Assembly (NCBI RefSeq): GCF_036321535.1
Contig: NC_087437.1
Span: 15,316,001-15,380,000, forward strand
DNA length: 64,000 bases
Direction: 5' to 3'
Source: Camelus dromedarius
Lineage: Eukaryota
Position 1 is the stretch's first letter; each line of letters starts with the position of its first letter. Position numbers and translations under genes: made by a program. The notes beneath the pieces were generated by a model. It worked only from the letters and a program-made list of their open reading frames with translations, made no database searches and was not told the origin of the DNA. Of the stretch, positions 1-12,305 are shown piece by piece.

Positions 1-136
1 CCACATATAAGTGACATTACAAGATTCTGTCTGACTTACTTCATTTAATATGATAATCTCTAGGTCCATCCATGTTGCTGCAAATGGCATTATTCCATTC
101 ATTTTTTTATGGCTGGGTAATAGTCCATTAGTCTGT

Positions 137-138
<2 letters not shown>

Positions 139-188
<50 letters not shown>
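139..188. repeat. (TG)n microsatellite in L1 3' region
   Basis: Direct inspection. Confidence 0.97.
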
Positions 189-189
<1 letters not shown>

Positions 190-206
190 ACTGTGTGTAC
201 CATATC

Positions 207-524
207 TTTTTTTTTTTTTAAAGGGTTAGCTCTAGCACTCATATCTTTAAAAAGTTTATATGAATATCTAGTCGAAACCAACAGGGTTCTCTCTCTTGAA
301 ATGTTATATACACAAATTTCCAAGTAGATCACAAGGCTGTATACTTTCTTGGAATGTCCTCAGAAGGCTCTGTCATTGATAAAGTAACAGAATAAAAACC
401 CAAGAGTCCTTTCTTTCAAATAGAGAAAGACAGGGATAGAAGAAACTATTCAAACTTCATCTTCTTTCCTTGTGGCTTGTGGTTTCCTCCTCTTCCTCCT
501 CAGAAGCCTCCTTACCCTCTAAAG
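207..524 (-). pseudogene. NCL: 5'-truncated processed pseudogene of nucleolin (last ~25 codons + proximal 3'UTR + poly(A))
   Basis: The minus strand reads FRG*GGF*GGRGGNHKPQGKKMKFE* (stop at 448-446), compared with the nucleolin C-terminus …GGDHKPQGKKTKFE*. It is followed by NCL-like 3'UTR (…GACAGAGCCTTCTGAGGACATTCCAAG…GAGCTAACCCTT), poly(A) at 219-207, and TSD ACCAYATCTT at 199-208 / 525-534. Confidence 0.93.
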
Positions 525-3500
525 ACCACATCTTCTTTATCCAGTCATCTGTCGATGGACAGTTAGGTTGTTCCCATGTCTCGTCTACTGTAAATAATGC
601 TGCTGTAAACACTGAGGTGCAGGTGTCTTTGTGAATTATATTTTTCTCAGGATATATGCTCGGGAGTGGGACTACTGGATCATAGGGTAAGTTTATTTTT
701 AGTTTTTTAAGGAACCTCCATACTGTCCTCCATAGTGGCTGCACCAATTTACACTCCCACCAACAGCGTAGAAGGATTCTTTTTTCTTCACACCCTATCC
801 GGCTTTTATTATTTTAATAGTAATATACTTTTTAATGATGGCCATTTTGACTGGTGTGAGGTGATACCTCATTGTAGTTTTGATTTGCATTTCTCTAACA
901 ATTAGCAAGTGGAGCATCTTTTCATGTGCCTGTTAGGCAACTGGATATCTTCTTCTGCCCATTTTTTGATAGGATTGTTTGTTTTTTTTATACTAAGCTG
1001 TATGAGTTGTTTGTATATTTTGGAAATTAGTCCCTTGTCGGTCTCATCATTTGCAAATATCTTCTCCCATTCTGTAGGTTTTTTGTTTTTTTTTTTGACG
1101 GTATCCTTAGCTGTGCAAAAGCTTTTAAGTTTAATTAGGTCCAATTTGTTTATTTTTGCTTTTATTTCCATTACTCTAGGAGCTGGTTTGAAAAAAAAAT
1201 ATTGCTGCAATTTATGTCAGTGTTCTGCCTATGTTTTCCTAGGAGTTTTATAATATCCAGTCTTATATTTCAGTCTTTAATCCATTTTGAGTTTACTTTT
1301 GTATACAGTGTTAGAGAATGTTCTCATTTCATTCTTTTACAGGTAGCTGTCCAGTTTCCCAAGCACCACTTATTAAAGAGACTGTCTTTTCTCCATTGTA
1401 TATTCTTTCCTCCTTTCTCATAGATTAATTGACCATAAGTACATGGGTTTATTTCAAGATTTCCTATTCTATTCCATTGATCTATGTGGTTTTTGTGCCA
1501 GTACCATACTGTTTTGATTACTGTAACTTTGTAGTATAGTCTGAAGTCAGGGAGCATGATTCCCACAGCTCCATTCTTCTTTCTCAAGATTCTTTTGGCT
1601 ACTTGAGGTCTTTTGTGTTTCCATGAAATTGTAACATTTTTTGTTCCAGTTCTGTGAAAAATGCCATCAGTAATTTGATAGGGATTGCACTGAATCTGCA
1701 TATTGCCTTGGGTAGTGTGGCAATTTTAACAGTATTGATTCTTCCAGACTAAGAACATGATACATCTTTCCATCTGTTTGTGTCTCTTCAATTTCTTTCA
1801 TCAATGTCTTATAGTTTTTGGAGTACAGGTCTTTTGCCTCCTTAGGTAGATTTATTCCTAAATATTTTATTTTTTGATGTGACGGTAAATGGGATTGTTT
1901 CCTTAATTTCTTTTTCTGCCACTTCATTGTTAGTATATAGAAATGCGACTGATTCTGTATATTAATTTTGTATCCTGAAACTTTACCAAATTCATTGATG
2001 ATCTCCAGTAGTTTCCTGGTAGCGTCTTTAGGATTTTCTATGCATAGTATCATGTCATCTGCAAACAGTGACAGTTTTACTTCTTTTCCAATTTGGATTC
2101 CTTTTATTTCTCTTTCTTCTCTGATTGCTGTGGCTAGGACTTCTAAAACTATGTTGAAAAAAAGTGGTTAGAGTGGGCATCCTTCCTTGTTCCTGATCTC
2201 AGAGGAAATGCTTTCAGCCTTTCACCATTAAGTATGACATTAGCTGTGGGTTTGTCATATACGGCCTTTATTATGTTGAGGTATATTCCCTTTATACGCA
2301 CTTTCTATAGTGTTTCTGTCATAAATTGATATTGGATTTTACCAAAAGCTTTTTCTGCAATAATTAAGATGATCATATGGTTTTATGGTTTTTATTTTTC
2401 AATTTGTTAATGTGGTGTAGAACACTGACTGATTTGCAGCTATTGAAAAATCCTTGCATCCCTGGGAAAAATCCCACTTGATCATGGTACATGATCCTTT
2501 TCATGAATTGCTGGAGTCAATTTGCTAGCATTTTATTGAGGATTTTTACAGCTATATTCGTAAGTGATATTGACCTATAATTTTCTTTTTTTGTGATATC
2601 TTTGTCTGGTTTTGGTATCAGGGTGATGGTGGCCTCATAGAATGAGGTCAGAAGTGTTCCTTCCTCTGCAATTTTTGGGAACAGTTTCAGGATAGGTGTT
2701 AACTCTTCTCTAAATGTTTGGTAGAATTCACCTGTGAAGCCATCTGGTCCTGGACTTTTGTTTGTTGGGAGTTTTTAAATTACCGATTCATTTTCAGTAG
2801 TGGTAATTGGTCTTTTCATATTTTCTACTTCTTCCTGGTTCAGTCTTGGCAGCTGTACCTTTCTAAGAAGGTTTTTCTTCTAGGTTTTCCTTTTTTTTGG
2901 TACACAGTTGCTCATAGTAGCCTCTTATGATCCTTTGTATTTCAGTGGTGTCAGTTGTGACTTCTCCTTTTTCATTTCTGATTTTATTCATTTGTGCCCT
3001 CTCCCTTTTCTTCTTGATGAGTCTGGCTTAAATATTTATCAATTTTGTTTATATTTTCAAAGAACCAGCTTTTAGTTTCATTGATCTTTCCTACTGGTTT
3101 TTAGTCTCTCTTTCATTTATTTCTGCTTTAATGTTTATGATTTCTTTCCTTCTACTAACCTTGGGTTTTGTTTGTTCTTCTTTCTCTAGTTGCTTTAGGT
3201 GTAAAGCTAGGTTGTTTGCTTGAGATTGTTCTTGTTTCCTGAGGTAGGCTTGTATCTCTATAAACTTCCCTCTTGGAACAGCTTTTGCTGTGTTCCAGAG
3301 ATTTGGGGGACATTTGCATTTGTCTCTAAGCATTTTCTTATTTCCTCTTTGATTTCTTCAGTGATCCTCTGGTTGTTCAGTAGCATATTGTTTAGCCTCC
3401 ACATGTCTATAGTGAAACCACTAAATATTTTAACCAATGCTAAAAGGAAATAAACATGGAGCTCTTATTTCAAATTTTCCTAGTTAATGGAGACTAAAAA

Positions 3501-5782
3501 GCTGAAATAGATACAATAAAGTAGCAATTTGCCCATCAGAATCTCATAAATCTAGCTATAGTCAAATTATATGTAGAAAATTTGGTGAGACCTAATATTT
3601 AACTACATAAGACAGGGAATTTACAAGTGTTAGACTGTAGGAAAGGGGTATTCTTTCTTCACAGTTAAAAAAATAAAAAGCACATAAATCTTGAATCCCC
3701 CACAGCTGTTTAAACAATTATCTTGTAGATTAAGATTTTTCATGCAATATTTGCCCATTTCAGCATTTTCCTCCTATATTTCTCCTGCAACCATGTCTGG
3801 ATAAAACCAGTCGAGAGTGTATACATGTACACACAGAGAGTATAAAAAGAATTAAAGTGAGCGTTTATGAGAAATAAGACATGCATGATCAATAACAGAC
3901 AAAGTAAATATGCCCTTCCTTCCACCCGCTTCTTACAGGCTGCCTCCTCATCTCCAGCCTAAAATTGGCCTCTTCGAAGGAAAAGCAAGCGGACCCACTC
4001 TTTGGTCCCTGAGAGGTAGCTAGGGAGTCAAGGTCAAAGAAGGGAATCTCCTGATCCTCCCGAAGAAACACCAGGCACGGAAAGGAGTCTCCTGATCCCC
4101 TCAAGGAAAAGCTGGGCACCTGCGATCACTTAGCACCTTCCTTACTTTGTCACTTTAGGAAGAGTACATGATATGATCAAAATCAACAGCTCACTTACAA
4201 ACAATCCACTGGAGTGGCTGTTAGTTGCCACTGCCTTAACAGACCAGGCCACAGGGTGCGACTGTTCTCTTACTCAGCATTCCCCCCTCCCCATCCTCCA
4301 TTTCAGTACACAGCTTCCACTGTAATTCTGTGATCCCTGAAAATGGAAACCCAAAGCTATGCATCACAAATGCTTTGCTCACGACTACCTCTCTAGAACC
4401 TGTGACAACATCAGCTTTGGGAGAAGTTGTGTGGAATCAAAGGGAGAGTATGGTCACTTTTTTTTTCTCTTCAAGAGTATTGCCACTTTTGATTTCAAAT
4501 GGATGACTCATAATTCAGTCATCTTCCCTATCCAAAAATAATATAGCAAATGGGTAAGAAATTACCAAGAGAGTTGGACACTAAAACACAGGATCAGAAA
4601 ACAAGCTTTCACATCCAATTAATGTATTTGTCATTAAAAAAAAAACCCATAAAAGAATTTCCCCAAAGGTGTGATATATACCACAACTGCAGAGATGTTA
4701 AAGATGCTTCCCAATTCCTATCCAAGGATAGTAAGTAACAAAAACATAGCCCATAATCTTCAGCACCGTAACATAAAACATGAAGCGTGCCCTGCCATAG
4801 AGCCAGAATCTTCCAGTATCTGGTAAAATGGTCCTCTGGAAAATAATTTATCATTGGTTCCTGCTTTATTTCAGGAAGAAAATGATCTCACCAGCTCATA
4901 CATGCACTGCAGGTACAGCTCTACAGTAGAGATGGACTAATTTATTCACAGTCTGACATAACCATCATTCAACTTCTTTCATAGCCAACTCTGAATAGGA
5001 GCACGTTCTCTCAGTCAGCTGTGGAGGCCTCAGTAACTCAGCGCTAGCTGTCATGACCAGGAGCTCAAAGCACAATGGAGAACTCATAAGCATCACTCCT
5101 CCCTGCCAGCAAATCCAGTGCCAACTTGGAGTCATATTCCAAAGCTACCTCAATTCTTTTCTCAGGCAAGTCACTTAGCTCTCTGCTAGAAGCTAGTTTC
5201 ATGAAGGCTGGGATCTTTATCTGCTTTATTCACCAAAATATGTCAAGCCCCTAAAATAAGGCCTAGTGTATGCTCAAATAATTTTTCAGCGAGTAATGAA
5301 TGTTGCTAATCAAGGCAATCAACCACTAGATGGCATCTAAATGACTTCTCTTTCCAACATTCTATGATTTTGGTTTTCATCCAAAAACATGCAAATCCCT
5401 GACCAATAACTAAAATTATTTTGAGGATTGTGTAACATTTTCACATACATTATAGCAACTGGGATAACAGACATCCTGTTATACATTGAAAAGCATCTCA
5501 TACACGAGGGAACCAACACTCAGAAACACGAATTACCTGCCTATCTACGGCAGATGGAAGAGATGGAAATTAAAACTCACACAGATTTCAAATCCAGTAT
5601 TGTCCCACACCATGTTTTCTACTATAAACCAACATACCTGGACATGTGCATGCACACATATACAAACCTTAGAACTTTTTTCTTGAAATGGGACTAAACT
5701 GTCTCATTTAACAAATAAACTAAGGTGTTAAACAACCTTAGAAAAGAAGCAAACAATCAAAAAGATAATCTTTGGCTATTCC

Positions 5783-6630
5783 CACTTCTGGACAAGAAAG
5801 AATAACAAGACCCGATTAACCCTCTTATCTGAAATAACTAAAAAACAGAAAAACTATGTCAGAGTTCAGAAAGACAAAGACAGGTAGAGTACGCATGACA
5901 AAGCGCCAGAGAGGAAAGAGCTGCACAGACAGAGAATGTCCAAGATCTGCAGGGGGCTGCCCTTCTGGTCTTCAGCTGAGTACTAATCAACGCACGTATA
6001 AGGAAGCTGCGCAATGACAGAGAAAGATAAAACGTTAACAGTGCCTAGCACTTACACAGGTTTTGGAATATCATCTTTGACACCAGCCAGACTGAAAAAC
6101 CTCATGAGTCACAGGTCACTGGAGAAAGTATACAGAAGGGTCCTGATTCAGTAATCAGGAATAATGAGACCTACACTGATCACTGCTCCTGTCCTATCAG
6201 TCTTAAAAGTAAGACTTGAAAGGATCAAACTGTTTCCAGGTAACTTAACTGAGTCCCAGAAGAGAATCCAAGAATATTTATAGGAATACAAAAATATCCA
6301 GCACCCAGGAGGGTAAAATTCATAATGCCTGCCACCCAGTCAAAAACTATCAGGCATGCAAAGAAAGCAAGATAGATAGACAGATAGATAGACAGACAGA
6401 CAGATCGATCAACTGAAACCAACCCAGAACTAGCACAAATGTTAGAGTTATCAGACATCGAAACAACTATCATAACTATACCCCATATGGTCAAAAAGTT
6501 AAGTAGAGACACAAAAGATATAAAAAGACGCAAATCAAATTTCCAGAGGTGAAAGCTACAATGTATGAGATGAAAAAATACACTGGCTAAGATTAACAGC
6601 ATGTTAGCATTTCAGAATAAAAAGTGAGAA
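5783..6630 (+). mobile_element. Old L1M 5'/ORF1-start fragment containing (GATA/GACA)n at ~6371-6408
   Basis: A-rich; resembles L1MC/MD 5' region (…ccagaactagcacaaatgttagag…atgaaaaatacactgg). Confidence 0.65.
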
Positions 6631-7084
6631 ATTCTACTTCCCAGCCAGCTTTTAATTACTGAAGAGGCTTTTGCAGAATCTCTCTTGAATACTTTACATC
6701 TTTTAACTGTAGTGTGGAACACCAATCAGCTGAGAGACTACTATGTGCCAAACCATGAGGTGGCCTTAGCAAAATAGGGAAAAGACAGAATGTGATGGGT
6801 ACAGTGATACAGATGTGTTTGTACAAAGTATAGAGCTATGGAAGCCAAGATGCAGGGCACCTTCCCTGGGGGACAGGGGGTTCAAGGGACAAAGACTTGG
6901 GGAAATTAGGCAACTTCAGAAGAAATAAGTTATCAGAACTGATTTATTTAAACTTCCACTCATAAGTACAAGTTCGGTCCAATCACCTTATGCGTAACAG
7001 CTTAGCGGGCAACAGGAAATGATCAAGAGAATGATGACCCCCGTAAGGCATCAGATAGTGAATCCAATAAAAAAAAATATGAGT

Positions 7085-7480
7085 CATTCATTTATTTATT
7101 CAGTGAACATTTACTGAACAACTACTATATGCCAGGTACTGTTTTAGGTGTGGGGATATAGAGTACAACAATATAAAAGGTCTCTACTTAAACAAAATTA
7201 ACTTTTCCTACAGGGGGAGATGGAAACAACAAAAGTGTCAGGTGCTTAAAATAAACCACAGTGACAGAACAGAGTGACACTAGGAGTCAATCCTAGAAAG
7301 GCAAGGCTGTCTGAGGAAGTAATTTTAAGTTGAGATCTAGAAGGCTCCAGCCATGTAAAGACCTGGGGAAAGTATGTAAGGCAGAGCAACCATCAAATAC
7401 AGACACTGGGGTGAGAAGAGCTTGGGATCAAAGGAACTACAAGTGGTGTGGTCTTGGGGCAGGGACAAGAGAGGAAACAG
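7085..7480 (-). mobile_element. L2 3' fragment
   Basis: tcattcatttatttattcagtgaacatttactgaac…tatgccaggtactgttttagg is the typical L2 terminus in reverse. Confidence 0.7.
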
Positions 7481-7519
7481 GTGGCAGGCAAGAATCTCTA
7501 CATAACATTCATTTCTAAA

Positions 7520-8375
7520 TCAGGGAGATCTAAGCCTAGATATTTGATATTTCTGAATTACTGTTAATTTCTTAGGTATGATAATGGTTATTACAAAACT
7601 GTAAAGAGTGATTATCTTTACAAAAAATTGTTTACAAAAACCAAAAAGTTGTTTACAAAATTTTATGTCTGACTTTGCTTCAGAATAATCCAAGCAGAGG
7701 AGAAGGGGAGTGACGACAAAGGAGTAGACTGGGGAGTGGAGTGGTATAGACCAAACAAAACAGGCCATGAGATGACAGTTGTTGAAGCTGGATGATGGAT
7801 ACATAGAGCTTCATTATAATATTCTGTCTACTTTTGAATGTTTGACATTTTCCATAATAAATGTATTTTAAAAGCAAATTTACTTAAAATATAAGGGGAG
7901 GTATTAAATATAAATGCCTCCATCACAGGGGATTCTTTAGGTGGTAAAACTATTCTATATGATACTATAGTGGATGCATTTATAAAATCCATATACTACA
8001 ACTGAGTAAACCTTAATGTATGCTTTTTTTTTTTTAATTCAGGGGAAGGGGGAACAAAATGAAGGTAGTCAAAAAGTACAAACTTCCAGTTACAAGCTAA
8101 ATAAGTACTAGAGATGTCATGTACAACATGATAAATATAATTAACAATGCTGTATGATACATACAAAAGTTGTTAAAGAGAGTAAATCTAGGAGTTCTCA
8201 CAAGGAAAAACTGTTTTTCTACTTCTTTTATGTTGTATCAATAGGAGATGATGATGTTCAGTAAACCATTTGTGGTCATCATTTCATGATGGATGTAAGT
8301 CAAATCATTATGCTGTACGCCTTAAACTTATACAGTGCTGTATGTCAATTATATCTCAATAAAACTGTAAGGAAA
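7520..8375 (+). mobile_element. Cluster of L1M 3'-end fragments (L1MC-like ~7520-7870; L1MA-like ~8040-8375)
   Basis: Motifs gttgaagctggatgatggatacat…ccataataaa and gtacaaacttccagtta…gtcaattatatctcaataaa. Confidence 0.7.
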
Positions 8376-8837
8376 AAATCATCTAGGAGGTCAGGGAATC
8401 CTAGGATGAAATACAGAATATAACAGATGCCCCCTTCCAGAATCAGCTTTCGTGGGATTCAGATGCACCCGTAAGCTTTCATCAGGGGCCCTGCAAGGCC
8501 CTCGAAGTCTAATCCCTGACACAGTATGTAAAACTTAATTTGTATAGGTATCCACACCCTTGTCTAGGAAAAGGCCCTGAGGCTTTCACAAAACAAGGTT
8601 GAGATATTTCTCTTGCCAGCAACTTTCTAAGTGAAAAGTGAGTCGCTACTGCTCTTACATCTAAGGGTAATATCTCACTGCCATCATTTGCCTTCCCTGC
8701 AAGGACATTACCACAAATAAATAATAAATACCACCAGTGAACTTTACAACTCTGACAGAAAGTTGTGACAAGTACCCCCCCCCCGCAAAAAGGTGGCAAA
8801 CTATGTCTAAGAGTCTCCTGTACAATACCACCTTTTT

Positions 8838-9002
8838 ACAGTACTATCGTTCAGTCTAAAGTACATCATTATTTTCTGTGCTACTAATAAAGAAAAAAAG
8901 CTGTCAATTAACTGATGACTCACCATTGATTGTACAATGGTTCCAATTTCAGAGATGTTCAAATGTGGAAAAACTGTACATCTGATAATCTATGAAACAT
9001 GG
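8838..9002 (-). mobile_element. MER104-like Tc2 DNA transposon fossil
   Basis: ccaatttcagagatgttcaaatgtggaaaaa…aatctatgaaacatgg resembles reverse MER104. Confidence 0.5.
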
Positions 9003-9026
9003 AATTCAAAAGGCTTATTATTAAGG

Positions 9027-9156
9027 TGGGAAGGGTATAGCTCAAGTGGCAGAGTGCATGTTTAGCATACACAAGGTCCTGGGTTCAATCCCCAGCACCT
9101 CCTCTAAAAATAAAACAAGTAAGTAAACCCAATTACCTCCCCTCACGAAAAAAAAT
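9027..9156 (+). mobile_element. tRNA-Ala-derived SINE (camelid Vic-1-like)
   Basis: Pol III A/B boxes (TAGCTCAAGTGG, GGTTCAATCCC), tRNA-Ala-like body, AT-rich linker, aattacctcccc tail, poly(A). Confidence 0.9.
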
Positions 9157-9814
9157 TTTTTAATTAATTAATTTTTTAAAAAGATGTACTGTACAATATG
9201 GGCAATATAGCCAATGTTTTATAATAACTATAAATGGAGCATAACCTTTAAAAACTGTGAATCACCATTTTGTATACCTGTAGCAAGTAATATTGTACAT
9301 CAACTATATTTTGATTAAAAAAAAAAAAAGGCTCATTAGCTGGGCCCCATCTCAGATCTCCTACACAAATTGCTCAGAGTAGGTCTGGGAATCTGTATTC
9401 TGTTTAAGCTCCTCAAATGATTCTGGTTAGATAAAAGACTAAGTAAACTGCTAACTTCCAGGGGCAGCACAGTAAAGAAAACATGCACTTTGTGGAGTCG
9501 CACAGCCCCAGACATCTCTGTGACCTCCAGAGAGTTCTGTAATTTTCCAGAGCCTCAGCTTTATCTATTAAAAAAAAAAAAAAAAAAAAAGCCAATGCCG
9601 TCTACTTCTAATGGTTGATAAAACAAAAGAGAACATGGAAAATACTTGATGCATAACAAGACACATATTCATATAAGAACATGTTCATTATTTATGAACA
9701 AGACACAACATTTTATGTCTTATGAACAAGAATTGGACCTATGAAATTACTTCTCAGAAATATTCTACTATTCAGCACTGTCACTTGCTGGGCACAGTTA
9801 AAAAGAATCATTCA

Positions 9815-10667
9815 TGCCCAACATCACTAATTGTTAGAGAAATGTAAATCACAACTACAATAAGGTATCACCTCACACCAGTCAGAATGGCTATCATTAA
9901 GAACTATACAAACAATAAATGCTGGAGAGTATGTGGAGAAAAAGGAATCCTCCTACACTGTTGGTGGGAATGTAAATCGGTACATCCACTATGGAGGACA
10001 GTATGGAGGTTCCTTAAAAAACTAAAAATAAACTTACCCTGTGATCCAGCAATCCCACTCCTGGGCCTATATCTGGAGAAAAATATAATTCACAAAGACA
10101 CATGCACCCCAATGTTCACAGCAGCACTGTTTACAAGAGCCAAGACATGGAAACAACCTAAATGTCCATCAACAGATGACAGGATGAGATATGGTATATT
10201 TATACAATGGAATACTACTCAGCCCTAAAAAACAATAAATAATGCCACTTACAGCAACATGGATAGACCTGGAGATCGTCATTCTAAGTGAAGTAAGCCA
10301 GAAAGAGAAAGAAAAATACCATGTATCACTCATGTGGAGTCTTAAAAAAAAAAATAGACACAAATGAACTTATTTACAAAACAGAAACAGACTCACAGAC
10401 ATAGAGAACAAATGGTTACCAGTGGGTAAAGGGAGTGGGAAGGGATAAATTGGGAGTTTTAACTTTGCAGATACTAACTACTATATATAAAATAGATAAA
10501 CAACAGGTTTTTTCTGCATAGCACAGGGAACTATATTCAATATCTTGTAGTAACCTATAATGGAAAATATGAAAAGGAATATATGTATGTATATGGATGA
10601 CTGAAACATTATGCTGTACAGCAGAAATTGACACAACATTGTAAAATGACTATACTTCAATTGAAAG
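9815..10667 (+). mobile_element. L1 3' end (ORF2 C-terminus + 3'UTR) with 14-bp TSD
   Basis: ORF 9887-10228 (…LHCWWECK…[13 protein letters not shown]). TSD AAAAGAATC(A/C)TTCA at 9801-9814 / 10668-10681. Appears inserted into an L2 terminus. Confidence 0.93.
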
Positions 10668-11689
10668 AAAAGAATCCTTCAATAAATGTTTACTGTGTAA
10701 TTTAGCAAAACATACACACTTGTTTCGGCACATCACATTTTCAGATAAAAGCTGTTTAATAACATTTTGATTAGAAAAGATTGTACTTGACATACATCAA
10801 CAAAAATAACACAAAAAAGCATACTTCTGAGTATGATACAATTTCAGAGTAGCTAACGGCTCTATCTCATGTCAAGTTTTTGTTTTGTTTTAGTATGTAC
10901 AGCTGGTAAGTTTTTTCAGAATATGGGCATGACTGCATTAAAACCCCAAGAGAAAAGCTGTGGAACTCGTCAATTCAGGATATTCAAAAAAATACCCATG
11001 TTTCATTTGTTTCTCAAGTTATCCTCAAAATCCAAACAGTATTTTAGGCAGCACCTTCAGAACTGACTAGTCAATTCAGGATGTGACTCATAGGGGACAG
11101 GTTTAGACATAATTTGATAGCGGTCTCCCACGTGTGTAGCACGAAGAAGGAAAAAAACTCAAAACCCACAATTGCACAATGTCTCAGCCTTGCTCTTCTG
11201 ATGAACAACACATGGATTCAAGTTAACGCTGCGTCAGTGCCGCCAACCCCACCCAAAGGCCCAGGGTGAAGAGCTTGTGCAGGGCCCTAACCCGTCTCCA
11301 CCAGCGCCCCACCTTCTCAGAGTCTGGGCAGCGGCAGGATATGCCAGACACCTCCGCAGAGAGGACACCCTCACTGCCCTCCCCCGCCAAACACTGGGCC
11401 TGAGGTTCACAAGAACCAGAGGTGCTGGGAGGAGAGGAGCACATGGCTCATCTCATTTTTCTTTCCCTCAACCATTTCCTAGAGAGTCATTCAGTTCTGC
11501 TGCCCAAATCTGAAACTAGATTCCTCTGTGACTCGTCCCTTTTCTTTAGCCCTCAGGTCTCCTCTACTAAGTCTTCCCCAAACTCCATGCAAATTCCTCA
11601 CAAACCCATCCCACCTCTTCAACTGCCATAGTTGGTCCCTCTTATTAGCACAAGGCTGACTCTGTCCCATTTCCCAGACCTAGCTTTTC

Positions 11690-12305
11690 AGTCTCCAAGA
11701 CACCCTTTTCACTGGGGCCAAGATTATCTTTTCTATAACCCAGTCCTATCCGTGCACTCTCCTTCCCTAAATTCTTCAATAGTTCCTCATTACCTATAAC
11801 ATAAATTTCAAATTCCTAATCCAGCTTCAACCTACTTCCCAGCTTTACACCCTGACACTTTGAGGCTTTGCCAGGTTTTCTCATCTTAACCAAATTAGAC
11901 TTCCTACTGCTTAATTTCACACACATTTGCTTCCACACATCTATGGCTTTGTTCACACTATTTTCTCTGACATGAAATGCTCCTCTTTTCTGCCTTTCAA
12001 GCTCATTCTTCAAGATGAGGCTCAAACGTACATCTTACACACTTGTACATTATACATTCTTTCCTGGAACACCCTCTTTAAACCCCCTAAGGCTCTCCCT
12101 TCTCCGCCCTTCTAAAGTCAAAAGTAATCACTCTCACAATAACCAGCAATGTAACTCTTACCTCAGTGTTACAGTTATAGATACAACTGTTAGTCTTCCC
12201 TAAGAAATTCTGAGTTACCCAAGAAAAGGAATTTAGTAATTCTGAATTGCCATTTTCTACCACAATGGTACTTGGTTGGGCTTCAAAAATTTTTACTGGA
12301 CTGAT
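11690..12305 (+). mobile_element. L2 fragment
   Basis: Pyrimidine-rich L2-like motifs (ttcaagctcattcttcaagatgaggctcaaac). Confidence 0.55.

Larger units (their letters stand above)
1..3406 (-). mobile_element. LINE-1, 5'-truncated (ORF2 RT/C-terminal region + 3'UTR), degenerate; interrupted by the NCL retrocopy
   Basis: Fragmented ORF2 peptides ([46 protein letters not shown]…[20 protein letters not shown]) with frameshifts. Confidence 0.95.

Noticed and set aside
457..747. 96-aa ORF ending in an acidic EEEEEE tail as a novel protein
   Set aside because: Chance fusion of an L1 ORF2 fragment with an off-frame reading of the NCL retrocopy.
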